The notes under the pieces are model-generated. The model had not been told where the DNA came from. It worked only from the letters and a program-made list of their open reading frames with translations, and made no database searches. Of a DNA stretch of 64,000 bases, positions 19,694 through 31,400 are shown piece by piece. A program made the translations under genes and the position numbers. Source of the DNA: an uncultured delta proteobacterium. Its GTDB lineage: Bacteria; Desulfobacterota; RBG-13-43-22. Positions within the stretch are counted from its first letter, which is position 1. The number at the start of each line of letters is the position of its first letter. The stretch spans positions 1 through 64,000 of the forward strand of contig CAWJJC010000013.1 in NCBI GenBank assembly GCA_963843145.1, given 5' to 3'.

Positions 19694-19791
19694 TCGTTTA
19701 ATGAACTGCTGAACGCCCTTTAGCAGCATCAGGCCGGCGATGCCGTGACCCTCTGTGGATCGTCCGCGGGACCAAAGGCGAAGAACAGCCG
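19694..19791 (+). pseudogene. Relic of the PDZ 3' end of a DegP-like protease gene; direct repeat of 34506-34601
   Basis: Aligns by eye with 34506-34601 (gcagcatcaggccggcgat identical); contains an in-frame TAG and an indel. Confidence 0.8.
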
Positions 19792-19819
19792 ACTGACGAC
19801 CCCGTTGGCAATACCCTCT

Positions 19820-21229
19820 TCACTCCCCGCCGCCCAGCACCTTGTAGAGCGTCACCCCATTCGTCTGCTGGGCCAGACGGACGGCAATCAGGCCCTGCTG
19901 CGCCCCATAGAGCGCTCGCTGCGCATCCAAAACGGGCAGGAAGCTGTCAATTCCCCTTTGGTAGCGCGCTTCGGCCAGTGAATAGTTCCGGGAGGTGGCG
20001 TCTACCAGGGACTGTTGGGCCGCCAGTTGATCTCCCACCGTTCCCCTTTGGGCCAAAGCGTCAGCCACTTCCCTGAAGGCCGATTGGATGGCCTTTTCAT
20101 ATTGGACCAGGGCGATCCGGCGATCGGCCTCGGCCACTTCGAGATTGGCCCGGTTTCTGCCGCCGTCGAAAATCGGCAGGGTGATTCGCGGTGCGAAGAT
20201 CCAGGAGGCTGAACCGGAGCCGAAGAGACCGGAGAGGTCGCTGCTGGTGGTGCCGAAGGCTGAGGTCAGCGTGATCCGGGGGAAAAAAGCCGCCCGGGCC
20301 GCGCCGATATTGGCGTTAGCCGCCTTGAGCTGGTTCTCGGCCTGCAGGATATCGGGGCGGCGCTGCAATACCTCTGACGGCAATCCGGCGCTGAGTTCCT
20401 TCAGCGCGGAAACCGTTCCCAACTCCGTTGGCAAAAACTCCTCCGGAACCGGTGAACCGACCAGCAGCGCCAGTGCATTCTCATCCTGCGCCACCCGGCC
20501 GATATAGCGGGCGATATCCACCCGGGCCGCCTCCACCCGGGTTTGCGCCTGCCGCAGATCCAACTCGGAAGAAACCCCAACCGCCAAACGACGCTGAATC
20601 AGCGTATAACTAGCTTCTTGAGACCTAAGGGTATCCTGAGCCAGCTTCAGGTATTGACGGTCGGCAGCCAGCGTCAGGTAGGTATTAGCCACTTCGCCCA
20701 CCAGAGTGATCTGCGTGCTGCGGCGAGCCTGTTCACTGGCCAGGTACTGCTCCAAGGCCTGATCTTTCAGGCTGCGGATGCGGCCAAAAAAATCCAGTTC
20801 ATAGGAACTGAAACCCAGATTGACCTCGTATTGTCGGGCCACCATGGACTCCCCGGTGGTCGAGACGCCGGCCGGCAGCCGTTGTTCGCCCCCGATGCCG
20901 GAGGCGTTTACCGTGGGGAAGAGCCCGGCACGTTGGATTTGGTACAACGCCCGCGTCTTTTCGATAGTGAGCGCGGCCAGTCGCAGGTCGCGGTTATTGA
21001 CCAGTGCCAGTTCGATTACTTTCCGCAAACCGGCGTCTACAAAAAAGTCCCGCCAGGCCAGGTCGGCGGCGGCCACACCGGTTGCCGGGGCCGCGCTTTC
21101 CTTATAGGCCGGGCCGCTCGGCCAGGCGGCAGATACAGGCGCCGCCGGACGGGTATAGTCGGGGGCCAGTGTCGTGCACCCGGCCAGGCCCAGGAGCGCC
21201 ACGACGATCAGTAACGGTTTTCGATTCAT
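19820..21229 (-). CDS. RND efflux outer membrane lipoprotein (OprM/NodT family)
   Basis: Lipobox LAGC; [33 protein letters not shown]. Confidence 0.95.
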   Translation of the reverse strand: MNRKPLLIVVALLGLAGCTTLAPDYTRPAAPVSAAWPSGPAYKESAAPATGVAAADLAWRDFFVDAGLRKVIELALVNNRDLRLAALTIEKTRALYQIQRAGLFPTVNASGIGGEQRLPAGVSTTGESMVARQYEVNLGFSSYELDFFGRIRSLKDQALEQYLASEQARRSTQITLVGEVANTYLTLAADRQYLKLAQDTLRSQEASYTLIQRRLAVGVSSELDLRQAQTRVEAARVDIARYIGRVAQDENALALLVGSPVPEEFLPTELGTVSALKELSAGLPSEVLQRRPDILQAENQLKAANANIGAARAAFFPRITLTSAFGTTSSDLSGLFGSGSASWIFAPRITLPIFDGGRNRANLEVAEADRRIALVQYEKAIQSAFREVADALAQRGTVGDQLAAQQSLVDATSRNYSLAEARYQRGIDSFLPVLDAQRALYGAQQGLIAVRLAQQTNGVTLYKVLGGGE

Positions 21230-21230
21230 G

Positions 21231-24200
21231 TTATCGGCCCTCCGTAGCTTGGCTGGGATCGGGCGGCTGCTCAGGGGGATGATCCTCCCGATCGGGGTGC
21301 TTCCCTTTGAATAACTTTCTCACCACGACAAAGAACAGCGGAATATAGAGGACCGCCAGGAAGGTGGCGGTCAGCATCCCCCCGATAACCCCGGTGCCGA
21401 TCGCGTTCTGGGCGCCGGACCCGGCGCCTTTACTGAGGGCCAGCGGCAGCACCCCGAGGATGAAGGCCAGGGAGGTCATCAGGATCGGTCGCAGCCGGAG
21501 CCGCGACGCTTCCCTGGTGGCCTCCAGCAGTCCCACGCCCTGTTCCATCTGCTCCTTGGCGAATTCGACGATCAGAATGGCGTTTTTGGCCGACAGGCCG
21601 ATGATGGTCAGCAGCCCAACCTGGAAATAGACATCGTTGGGAAGTCCCCGCAGCGTCGTGGCCAGGAGGGCCCCAATAACCCCCAAGGGAATCACCAGCA
21701 AAACGGAAATAGGGATAGCCCAGCTTTCATAGAGGGCGGCCAGGCAGAGGAAGACAACCAAAATCGAGATGGCGTACAAGGCCGGCGCCTGGGAACCGGA
21801 CAGCCGTTCCTGGTAAGAGAGTCCGGTCCACTCAAAACCGATGCCGGCGGGTAGTTTGGCGGCCATTTCTTCCATGGCCTTCATGGCATCGCCGGAACTC
21901 TTTCCCGGCGCGGGCTGACCGAGGATCTCCATGGACGGCAGGCCATTGTAGCGCTCCAGCCGCGGAGAACCGGAGCTCCAGTGCGCCGTGGCAAAGGCGG
22001 AGAAAGGCACCATGGTCCCTTGGTTGTTGCGGACATACCACTTGTCCAGGTCCTCCGGCTGCATCCGGTATTGGGCGTCGGACTGGAGATAGACCTTTTT
22101 GATCCGACCTCGGTCGATGAAGTCGTTGACGTAGACGCTTCCCCAGGCGGTGGAGATGGCATCATTGATATCCACCAGGGAGAGACCCAGGGTCCCGGCC
22201 CGGTCCTCATCGATATCCAGCTTGAATTCCGGGGTGTCGGCCTGGCCGTTGGGCCGCACCGCCACCAGGGTCGGGTTTTGGGCCGCCAGGCCTAGAAGCT
22301 GGTTTCTGGCCTCCATCAGTTTGTCGTGACCCAGTCCGGCGCGGTCCTGCAACTGGAAGTCAAAACCGTTGGCAGTACCCATTTCAATAACCGCCGGTGG
22401 CGCGAAGGCAAAAACCAGGGCATCCCGAATAGAAGCAAAGGCGGCCATGGCCTGAGCGGCGACCGCCGTCACCCGCAAGTCAGGACGTTTCCGCAAAGCC
22501 CAGTCTTTAAGCATGACAAAGGCCAGGCCGTTGTTCTGCCCCCGACCGGCAAAGCTGAACCCGGCCACGGCAAATATCGATTTCACCGCCTCCTTCTGGT
22601 CCACGAGGTAGTATCGTTGCACCTCTTCGATCACCTTGAGCGTCCGTTCCTGGGTAGCGCCCACTGGAAGCTGGATTAAGTTCAACAGGATCCCCTGGTC
22701 CTCGTCGGGTAGATAGGCCGTGGGCATCCGCAGAAAAAGGTAGGCCATGGCCACGCCAATCAGCAGATAAATAATCAGATAGCGCGTCCCCGTGACCAGA
22801 ATACGCCCGACCAGGGATTGATAGTGCCCGCTGCCGCGCCGGTAGAGCCGGTTAAACCCGCGGAAGAAGCCCCGAAACAACCCGCTTTCGCCGGCCGGCC
22901 GGGCCGGGTCCACCGGCTTAAGCAGGGTGGCGCAGAGCGCCGGGGTGAGTACCAGGGCCACCACCACCGAAAGCACCATGGCGGAAACGATGGTGATGGA
23001 GAACTGGCGGTAGATAACGCCGGTGGAGCCGCCAAAAAAGGCCATCGGCACGAAGACCGCCGCCAGCACCATGGCGATTCCCACCAAAGCGCCGGTGATC
23101 TGCTTCATGGACTTGCGGGTGGCCTCTATAGGAGGCAACCCCTCTTCGCTCATCACCCGCTCCACGTTCTCCACTACCACGATGGCATCGTCCACCAAAA
23201 GACCGATGGCCAGAACCATGGCGAACATGGTCAGGGTATTGATGGAAAACCCGAAGGCCGACAGGACCCCGAAGGTGCCCAAGAGCACCACCGGCACGGC
23301 AATGGTGGGGATGAGGGTGGCGCGGAAGTTCTGGAGGAAAAGGAACATGACCAGAAAGACCAGGACAATGGCCTCCAGCAGGGTGATGACCACCTCTTCA
23401 ATGGAAAGCCGGACAAAAGGAGTGGTGTCGTAGGGGTAGATCACCTGCAGGCCCTGAGGGAAAAACTTCGCCAATTCCGCCATCTTGGCTTTGACCAGTT
23501 TGGCCGTATCCAGGGCATTGGCGCCGGCCCCCAGCCTGAGCGCCATACCGGATGCCGGTTTGCCGTTGTAAAGCCCCACCGCCTCGTAGCTTTCACTTCC
23601 CAGTTCAACACCGGCTACGTCCCGCAGACGCACGGTGGACCCGTCGCTGTTGATGCGCAGGGGTATCTCCCGGAACTGCTCGGGGGTCTGAAGCAAAGTT
23701 TGGGCCGTGATGGTAGCGTTCAACTGCTGCCCCGCGGCGGACGGCAATCCGCCGAGCTGACCGGCGGAGACCTGCACGTTATAGGCCCTGACGGCCTGCT
23801 TGACATCGCCCGGGGTGAGGCGGTAGTCGTTGAGTTTATGGGGATCGAGCCAGATCCGCATGGCATACTGGGAGCCGAACAATTGTACTTCGCCGACTCC
23901 CTCCACCCGACTGATGATATCCTGAACGTTGGTCACCATAAAATCGGTCAGATCGTAGCGGTTCATACTGCCGTCTTCCGAGACGAAGCCTATGATCAGC
24001 AGGAAGTTCCGGGTCGATTTGGTCACCTGGATCCCCTGCTGCTGAACCACCTGCGGCAACAGCGGGGTGGCCAGTTGCAGTTTGTTCTGTACCTGCACTT
24101 GGGCGATATTCGGATCGGCGGCGGCATCAAAGGTCAGGATGATGCTCACAAAGCCCGAGGAGTCACTGGTCGAGGAAATATAGCTAAGATGGTCGATCCC

Positions 24201-24410
24201 GTTCATCTTTTGTTCAATGACTTGCGTGACCGTGTTCTCGACCGTCTTGGCGGAGGCCCCCGGGTAGACGGCGTTGATGGAGATCTCCGGCGGGGCGATG
24301 GCCGGATACTGCGAGACCGGCAACGTTTTAATCGCCAGGACGCCCGCCAGCATAATGATAATGGCGATCACCCAGGCAAAGATGGGGCGGCTGATAAAAA
24401 ACTGAGACAT
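21231..24410 (-). CDS. acrB: RND efflux permease (AcrB/MexB family)
   Basis: Starts [17 protein letters not shown]; [13 protein letters not shown]; KNAILIVEF; RLRPILMTS. Confidence 0.95.
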   Translation of the reverse strand: MSQFFISRPIFAWVIAIIIMLAGVLAIKTLPVSQYPAIAPPEISINAVYPGASAKTVENTVTQVIEQKMNGIDHLSYISSTSDSSGFVSIILTFDAAADPNIAQVQVQNKLQLATPLLPQVVQQQGIQVTKSTRNFLLIIGFVSEDGSMNRYDLTDFMVTNVQDIISRVEGVGEVQLFGSQYAMRIWLDPHKLNDYRLTPGDVKQAVRAYNVQVSAGQLGGLPSAAGQQLNATITAQTLLQTPEQFREIPLRINSDGSTVRLRDVAGVELGSESYEAVGLYNGKPASGMALRLGAGANALDTAKLVKAKMAELAKFFPQGLQVIYPYDTTPFVRLSIEEVVITLLEAIVLVFLVMFLFLQNFRATLIPTIAVPVVLLGTFGVLSAFGFSINTLTMFAMVLAIGLLVDDAIVVVENVERVMSEEGLPPIEATRKSMKQITGALVGIAMVLAAVFVPMAFFGGSTGVIYRQFSITIVSAMVLSVVVALVLTPALCATLLKPVDPARPAGESGLFRGFFRGFNRLYRRGSGHYQSLVGRILVTGTRYLIIYLLIGVAMAYLFLRMPTAYLPDEDQGILLNLIQLPVGATQERTLKVIEEVQRYYLVDQKEAVKSIFAVAGFSFAGRGQNNGLAFVMLKDWALRKRPDLRVTAVAAQAMAAFASIRDALVFAFAPPAVIEMGTANGFDFQLQDRAGLGHDKLMEARNQLLGLAAQNPTLVAVRPNGQADTPEFKLDIDEDRAGTLGLSLVDINDAISTAWGSVYVNDFIDRGRIKKVYLQSDAQYRMQPEDLDKWYVRNNQGTMVPFSAFATAHWSSGSPRLERYNGLPSMEILGQPAPGKSSGDAMKAMEEMAAKLPAGIGFEWTGLSYQERLSGSQAPALYAISILVVFLCLAALYESWAIPISVLLVIPLGVIGALLATTLRGLPNDVYFQVGLLTIIGLSAKNAILIVEFAKEQMEQGVGLLEATREASRLRLRPILMTSLAFILGVLPLALSKGAGSGAQNAIGTGVIGGMLTATFLAVLYIPLFFVVVRKLFKGKHPDREDHPPEQPPDPSQATEGR

Positions 24411-24420
24411 GAAAACTCCC

Positions 24421-25628
24421 TTATTTCTTAGCTTCGGCGGGACCGGCGGCTGCTCGCGGGGGCCGCCGGGCCGGTCTTGGTTCCGAAGGGAACGGTCTTC
24501 ACGGAAACCCCGGGGCGGACCTTCTGCAACCCCTCCAGAATCACCCGGTCCCCGGGTTTCAGCCCCTGGCTGACCAGCCATTTTTCGCCGATGGATCGCT
24601 CCACCAGCGAGGTCCCGCTGCGCTACCTTGTCGGATCCGTCGACTACCAGGGCGGTGGCCTTCCCCTTGCTATCGTGGGTTACCCCTTGCTGCGGGATAA
24701 GGATCGCCCGCTCGTTCACCCCTTCTTCGAGGATGGCGCGGACATACAAGCCCGGCAGCAGCGTCTGGTTCGGGTTTGGGAAAACCGTGCGCAGGGTGAC
24801 CGACCCGGTACTCGGGTCAACCGTAACGTCGGAAAACTTAAACGTGCCCTGTTGGGGATAGCGAGTACCGTCCTCCAAAAGCAACCGGACCTTGGATTGG
24901 TTGACGCGGTCGTGCTTGAGCCGGCCGTCGGCCATAGCCTGTTTCAGACGCAGCAGATTGGCGGTCGATTGGCTCACATCCACATAGACCGGATCAAGCT
25001 GTTGAATCGTGGCCAGTGCGGTGGCCTGGCTCGCCGTCACCAGCGCGCCGGTCGTTACCGAAGACTTACCGATACGGCCGGAAATCGGCGCCGAGACCCG
25101 GGTGTAGGCCAGATTGATGCGGGCGGTTTCGACGGCCGCTTTATTAACCTCGATGTCCGCCTCGACCTGCTTGAGGGCCGCGACCGTGTCGTCGTAGTCC
25201 TGCTGGCTGACCGCTTTGATGGGTACCAGTTCCTTATACCGCTCCGCCTTGTAGCGAAGGGGGGTTAGATTGGCCTCAGCCCGGACCAGGGCCGCTTTGG
25301 CACTGGCGTAGGCCGCCTGATAGGCGGCCGGGTCAATCCGGTAGAGCACATCCCCCGCCTTGACATCGCCACCCTCCTTGAACAGGCGTTCCTGGATGAT
25401 GCCGCCCACCTGCGGACGAACTTCGGCAACCAGGTAGGCGGACGTGCGTCCGGCCAATTCGGTGGTGATCGCCACGCGCTCCGGTTTTACGGTCACCACG
25501 GCCACTTCGGGAGTGCCGCCCTGATGCGGTCCTCCGGAAGCGGGCGGTTGTCCGCAAGCGGACAGCATCAGTCCCCCGAGGAGAAGGCCGGCGGCGGCGA
25601 TTCGTTTCGATCTGTCATAGATTTGCAT
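24421..25628 (-). CDS. acrA: RND membrane fusion lipoprotein (AcrA family), frameshifted near 24610
   Basis: Lipobox LSAC; [17 protein letters not shown]; canonical tail [24 protein letters not shown] is in another frame ending near 24421-24430. Confidence 0.88.
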
Positions 25629-25735
25629 GGTACACCTCTTGCGATTTCAGTTTGAACCCCATCCCCGACCCGGTAGGTTCCGGGGGATGAATCCTTTTTA
25701 GCTCGTCATAGGGAGGGAGAAGGTTCTTAGGGGTA

Positions 25736-25753
25736 TGAATGAATGTTGATTCC
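25736..25753. promoter_or_regulatory. Second, imperfect putative TetR operator
   Basis: tgaatgaatgttgattcc matches the 26530 palindrome at 15/18 positions; upstream of acrA. Confidence 0.55.
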
Positions 25754-25764
25754 TAAAGTATTCT

Positions 25765-26340
25765 TCATCTTTTAATTCCGTCCCAGCAGGCCTCTATACT
25801 TTGTAAGATCAAGGGTTCCTCCAATAGGGCGAAACCCAGGATATGATCCCGCGCCAGGGCCAGCACGGGGCCGAAGGCCAGGGCAAAAAGTACGAACAGG
25901 GGTAGCTCCTTCAGGACCTGCTGGGAGATTCCATCTTCAAAGAGCTGCTTGAATATATCCGGACCGGCGGATTTGTCCAGCATCTTGTCCCGTCGTAAGG
26001 AAACGCCGTAGGGGGAGTTGTGGTACTGCTCGACATAATGAAAATGGAGCGGGTGCTCGATGAAATACCTTAAAAGTCCCGTACCCAGGTGGAGAAATCT
26101 TTCCCGGATGGGCCTCCCGGCGGGATAATCTTCCTGTAGAACCGTCTTGATCTGGGTTTCCAGATTCCTGAATATTTCCGTGATGAGTATATCCTTGTGC
26201 TCGAAATAGCGGTAGATCGTTCCGGCGCCCACACCCGCCTTTTCGGCGATCCTGGCCATCGGGGCTCCATGGAAACCATGTTTCGCGATGAGTTCCAACG
26301 CCGCACCAAGGATCTCCCCTCGCCTATCGGACTTTTCCAT
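25765..26340 (-). CDS. TetR/AcrR family regulator
   Basis: ILGAALELIAKHGFHGAPMARIAEKAGVGAGTIYRYF HTH. Confidence 0.95.
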   Translation of the reverse strand: MEKSDRRGEILGAALELIAKHGFHGAPMARIAEKAGVGAGTIYRYFEHKDILITEIFRNLETQIKTVLQEDYPAGRPIRERFLHLGTGLLRYFIEHPLHFHYVEQYHNSPYGVSLRRDKMLDKSAGPDIFKQLFEDGISQQVLKELPLFVLFALAFGPVLALARDHILGFALLEEPLILQSIEACWDGIKR

Positions 26341-26379
26341 AATTCAACTCTGATTACCTTGCAGAAAGTCCCCTGGGCT

Positions 26380-26479
26380 GTCATTGCGAGGAGCGAAGCG
26401 ACGAAGCAATCCCCAAGAATCAGCTAGTTGCCATGGTGGGGATTAGCTTCCCCCCGATCAAGTCCGGGGTCGCAATGAC
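26380..26479. repeat. REP-like palindrome (GTCATTGCGAGGAGCGAAGCGACGAAGCAATC family)
   Basis: gtcattgcga...tcgcaatgac ends; partial copy at 61005-61037. Confidence 0.8.
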
Positions 26480-26529
26480 GAGTTTTTCGATTTTCTGCGA
26501 ACACATCCACCTTAAATTTATACAAATTA

Positions 26530-26547
26530 GGAATGAACGTTCATTCC
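26530..26547. promoter_or_regulatory. Putative TetR operator
   Basis: Perfect 18-bp palindrome GGAATGAACGTTCATTCC upstream of tetR. Confidence 0.7.
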
Positions 26548-26654
26548 CTTTATCCGTTTTTATGTCGGTCCTGTCAAGAACAAATATTTCATAAGGGTCA
26601 GGGGCAATTCTTTGCTTGAATTCTGTTGATGAGTTTCATTAATATCCAAAATTG

Positions 26655-27506
26655 ATGTCCACTACCCTGACCTTATTTTTGACTTCGCTGGCGATGATCG
26701 CCTTTGCCGGCAATTCCCTGCTCTGCCGGATGGCGTTAAAACACACCGGCCTGGACCCGGCCAGTTTCACCTCCATTCGAATCCTCTCCGGGGCGCTGGT
26801 TCTCTGGCTGGTCACTCGAGGGCGGGGCAACATCCGTTGCCTTGCGGGAAGCTGGCCGTCCGCGCTGGCCCTTTTTGCCTACGCGGCCTGTTTTTCCTAT
26901 GCCTACGTGAGTCTGACCGCTTCGACCGGCGCCCTGCTGCTTTTCGGCGCCGTGCAGGCCACTATGATCGGCTACGGGTTATGTGCGGGGGAGCGCCTCA
27001 AAATGCGGCAAAGTGTGGGCCTGGCCTGCGCTTTCCTTGGACTGGCGGGCCTGTTGCTTCCGGGCCTCTCGGCGCCGCCCCTGCTTGGTTCCCTCTTGAT
27101 GCTGGGCGCTGGTGGTGCCTGGGGAATCTATTCATTGCGCGGAAAAGGCCGGGCGGACCCGACTTGCGAGACCACCGGGAATTTCTTGCGCGCCGCGCCC
27201 CTGGCGATCCTGCTGAGCCTGATCACCATCCGCTGGAACACCTGGGATGGTTCCGGTGTCTGGTACGCGGTAGCCTCCGGCGCCGTGGCCTCGGGGCTCG
27301 GATACGCGGTTTGGTACGGGGCCTTACGCGGGCTGAAGGCGACGAGTGCCGCTTCGGTGCAGCTCAGTGTGCCGGTCATCGCCGCGGTGGGGGGCATCAT
27401 CTTCCTCGATGAAGTCATCACCCTACGGCTGCTGGCCGCCTCCACCGCCATCCTGGGCGGGATCGCCCTGGTCCTTATCGACAGGAGAAAACACCCAGGG
27501 ATTTAG
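26655..27506 (+). CDS. DMT/EamA family transporter
   Basis: About ten hydrophobic helices; AFAGNSLLCR, SGLGYAVWY, QLSVPVIAA. Confidence 0.9.
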   Translation: MSTTLTLFLTSLAMIAFAGNSLLCRMALKHTGLDPASFTSIRILSGALVLWLVTRGRGNIRCLAGSWPSALALFAYAACFSYAYVSLTASTGALLLFGAVQATMIGYGLCAGERLKMRQSVGLACAFLGLAGLLLPGLSAPPLLGSLLMLGAGGAWGIYSLRGKGRADPTCETTGNFLRAAPLAILLSLITIRWNTWDGSGVWYAVASGAVASGLGYAVWYGALRGLKATSAASVQLSVPVIAAVGGIIFLDEVITLRLLAASTAILGGIALVLIDRRKHPGI

Positions 27507-27566
27507 TGCGAAAATGACTGGGGGTTTACATAAAAAACCGACTCAACTCTTTTTAGGAGGATTTCC

Positions 27567-28346
27567 ATGGCCCCCTTGATGCCCGCAATCTTTTTCGGAC
27601 ACGGCAATCCGCTGAATGCCTTGGCCCACAACCCCTATACAGAAGGGTGGGCCTCTATCGGCCCGTCCATCCCGCGCCCCAGGGCTGTCCTCTCCGTATC
27701 CGCTCATTGGTATATCTCCTCTTGTGCGGTAACCTCGAACCAGGTCCCTCCCACTATCCACGATTTCGGCGGCTTCCCGAAAGAGCTTTATCAAGTGAAC
27801 TATCCGGCGCCTGGGAGCCCGGAACTGGCCCGGCAAGTCCGGGAGCTGCTGGACACTCTAACGGTAAGGCTCGATGAAGGCTGGGGGCTGGATCACGGGA
27901 CCTGGACGGTGCTGAGGCACGTCTTTCCCCAGGCGGATATCCCCGTCGTCCAGCTCAGCATCGACGGTACCAAGCCGCCGAAGTTTCATTACGATTTGGG
28001 GAAAAGGATGGCGCCGCTGCGGGAGGAAGGTGTTTTGGTGGTCGGCAGCGGCAATCTGGTTCACAACCTGACCGCCTACGCTTGGGGCGACCGCGAAGCT
28101 CAGGCTTTTGATTGGGCGCTGCGCTTCGAAGAGCGCGTTAGGGAGGCGCTGCTTCAAGGCGACGACGAGGCCCTGGTCGATTACCGGCGTTTCGGCCGGG
28201 ACGCGGCCCTGGCCGTTCCGACGCCGGATCACTACCTGCCGCTGCTCTACGTGCTCGGCCTCCGCCGGGAACAGGAGCCGGTCACCTTTCCGGTCCAGGG
28301 TGTGGACGGGGGCTCCGTATCCATGCTGGCTGTCCGGGTGGGCTGA
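27567..28346 (+). CDS. ygiD: 4,5-DOPA extradiol dioxygenase (LigB family, YgiD-like)
   Basis: FFGHGNP, SAHW, HDFGGFP, GLDHG, GSGNLVHNL, PTPDHYLP. Confidence 0.92.
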   Translation: MAPLMPAIFFGHGNPLNALAHNPYTEGWASIGPSIPRPRAVLSVSAHWYISSCAVTSNQVPPTIHDFGGFPKELYQVNYPAPGSPELARQVRELLDTLTVRLDEGWGLDHGTWTVLRHVFPQADIPVVQLSIDGTKPPKFHYDLGKRMAPLREEGVLVVGSGNLVHNLTAYAWGDREAQAFDWALRFEERVREALLQGDDEALVDYRRFGRDAALAVPTPDHYLPLLYVLGLRREQEPVTFPVQGVDGGSVSMLAVRVG

Positions 28347-28460
28347 TCCTTCCACATTACCCGATTGAACACAAAAGGTAGATCGACTCGCTTGCCGTAA
28401 GGTATCGTCGCGGCCCATCGTTCATCATCCGGCGAGAAAGAAACGAGCCTCCATCTATCC

Positions 28461-31400
28461 CTACTTAAACAAGGACAATTGGGAGTCTGGGAATTTTCGC
28501 TTGTCCAGCTTTTTCTGCAACCGGGCCGCCTCCCTTCGTTTGCCTCGTTTTATCCAGATGGCCAGGGCCTCTTCCAGGAGGTCCATTCGCTCATAGACCC
28601 GGGCCTCTCCCTGTTCGTCTCCGGCCGATTTGAAGCAGCGGAGGGCTTCCTCGTAATGACCGCCGTCCCGGTAGGCTCGCCCCGCTTCCGAATAGGACCC
28701 GGCTTTTTCCAGGATGTGCCCTGCAATTCGAAAATCATGGTTCCGCCGGGCCAGGGAAACGGCCTCCTCAATTTTTCGTTCCCCCAGGAGGAATTCGACG
28801 GCCTGAAGGTAATGTCTCGAACTGGCGCCGAAGAGCTTATAATTCCAACCGGTCAATTCCAGGCGATCCAGGCTGGCTTCGAACAGGTCCTGGTCCTGAT
28901 AAAACTGAACGCAGGCCAAAAGTTCCGGGTCTTTCTCCCGGCCCGCCAGCCGTTTCAGTTCGGCCAGGAATTTTTTCACCACTGGAGAAATAGATCGACC
29001 GAAGAGCTTTCCTTCCCGGACCACCTCGAAAAGCCCGTTATAATAGCGGGTCTGGAGCAGAAAATCCAAAACGGGAGCGGGCGGGCTTGACCCCCAGAAG
29101 GGTATGGTTGAGATGAATTGCTCCACGGCGGGCCGCCACTGCTCCTTACCCCCCTGCCCCAGGAGTCGTCCCAGAAGTTCGGCTACAAAAACCTGGGTCC
29201 GGAGGCGGAGGTGGTAATATTCACCCGTTTTTAGATACTTATTCAAAATGGTCTGAAGAAAGGTCGGTGTAATCTTCAGCCCGGCGGCCTCCGCCACGTA
29301 TCGCCCGGCATCTTCCCAGCGATTGTCTCTTAGAAAATAATCCAGGGCCTCCTGGTCCCGACCGGTCCGGTGATAGGCCTCCCGCACCAAGTCCGGTGCA
29401 TTGACGGTCTTGAACCGGACCAGTGCCCGTTCCAGGGCGCCATCCTTTAAAAACTGTTCTCCTTCCTGGAGGAGTTTCAGTTCCGTCCGGGCCTCCTGCC
29501 GGCCCTCGCCAAGATGGAAGGAAAGGAATTCGGCAGCCCGCTCCCATTTATCCGGAAGCGCACTTTGCTCGATTTCCAGAGCGGCCTGATAGTATTCTTT
29601 CAATGCGTAAAAACACTCGGCGGCTTTTTCATGAACCTTCAGGGCCTGGTACTGGGGCAGGGCCAGGTTGTAAACCCGCTTCTTAAAGAAGAAATCGGCC
29701 GATTCCCGGTATTGCCCCAAGGCGAAGGAACGGACGGCCGCTTTCAGTAGGTTGTTCTTAAACACGGCCTGATTGGCTTCCGCTTTCACGAGGTCGGCCT
29801 GATCTTTACCGGTTCGAGCGAACCGGGTGAAGGCTTCCATAGCCCCAGCCAGGTCCCCGCCCTTTTCATACAGCAGGGCGGCCCGGTAATCGTCCCCTCC
29901 CTTGACGTAGCACTCCAACAATCGGGCCGGGTTTTTCAGCCGTTTATACAGAACGGCGGCCTCGGCCCAGTTGCCGGCCTGGTAAAAAAGGTCCGCCGCT
30001 CGATTGAGCTTTTTCAATTTTTTAAAGAGGGCCGCGGCCTGATCGTACAGCCGTCCGGCCACGAAGGCCTCCGCCGCCTCCGAGTACTTTTTATCGGCGG
30101 CCAGGTATTCGCCCAGGCGTTGATAATTCCCGGCCTTCCGCCAATTCTCCAGGGCCTTGACAATCTCCTTTCTTCGGAGCCACTCCTCCGCGGCCAGGTC
30201 ATGGTCGCCTCGCTGCTCGTAAAGGGCGATCCGGCACAGGGCCATCTTTTCCCGATCCTTTAGTTTTTCCCAAATCCTCAGGGCCGGCTCCCACAACCCG
30301 GACCGCTCAAAACAGGCACCCGCCTGAGGCCAGTAGCCGTGCTTCTCGAAAAGCGGGGCGGCTTCCTGAAATTTCTTTCGCTGCTCCCAAACGAAGGCCT
30401 GGGCGATCTCGGCTCGATCGAGGCGGCCGGCGTTTTTGTAACATTCCAGGGCCGCCGGGTAATACTCCCGCTCCAGGAAGTAATCCCCCTGATCGGCCCA
30501 TTCCTTCGGCGAGGAGACCCGGTGCCAGAGCTGGGCCAGCGCCTCCGGATCGGACGTCGGGAACAAAAGCTCATCCAACTCGGGCAGGTCCCAGATCTCC
30601 CCACCCGGATCATAGACGATAAGGATGTTCCGGGCCCGGGTAATGGCCACATAAAGCAGGTTGATCTCGTGGCGCAGATGCGGTCGGCCGCTTCTCCCGA
30701 AGTCACTGCCGTTACGAAGGCGCCGCCAGAGTGGAACGGATTTCGGGTCGGCGGAAAATTTCCAGACCAGGACCGTATCAAATTCCAGTCCTTTGGCCTC
30801 CTGAATGGTGAAAATCAACTCCGTTCCCAAGGACTGTTTCAGCCGGGTCTGCTCTTCCCGGTCCCGGACAAGAATAACCTGCCCGGCCGCCTGCATCCGC
30901 AGTTGGGACAGGATTTCCCGCTCCTCCCGGACGGTCAGCAGGAAAGGAGGCCGGCCGTTGAATTTCCATTCCTCTCTTATCTCAGAGCCGGACAGCCCGA
31001 TCAGACGCTGTTTAAGGTCCAGTAGGGCATTGGCCAGTTTGACCACACTGCCCACACAACGGAAGTTGATCCGCAGGGAGTGCACCCGGGGGACCTGGAT
31101 TCCACGCTCGAAAAATTTATTCCGCACCTCCTCCCATCGAAAGCCGCTGGGATTGATGATCTGTTTGGTATCCCCGGCCAGAACCACGTTCTCCGGAGAA
31201 CCGGCCAACCGGAAGATCAGGGCCAATTGCACGTCGGCGAAGTCTTGGACTTCGTCACAGACCACCAGATCATATGGGGTTCGGGAGTCGGACCCCTGGC
31301 CCAATCGGCCCAGCACCCGCCGGCAGAGGTCGATCTCATCCCACAGCCCCTGTTCCTCCAGCTTGCCCTGATAATAGGTGGCGATGTCATAGAGCTCCCG

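Noticed and set aside
21231-25628. 1465-aa natural AcrA-AcrB fusion in the ORF track
   Set aside because: The canonical AcrA C-terminus is present in another frame after about 24610 with its own stop, and AcrB has its own start at 24410. The fusion results from a frameshift.
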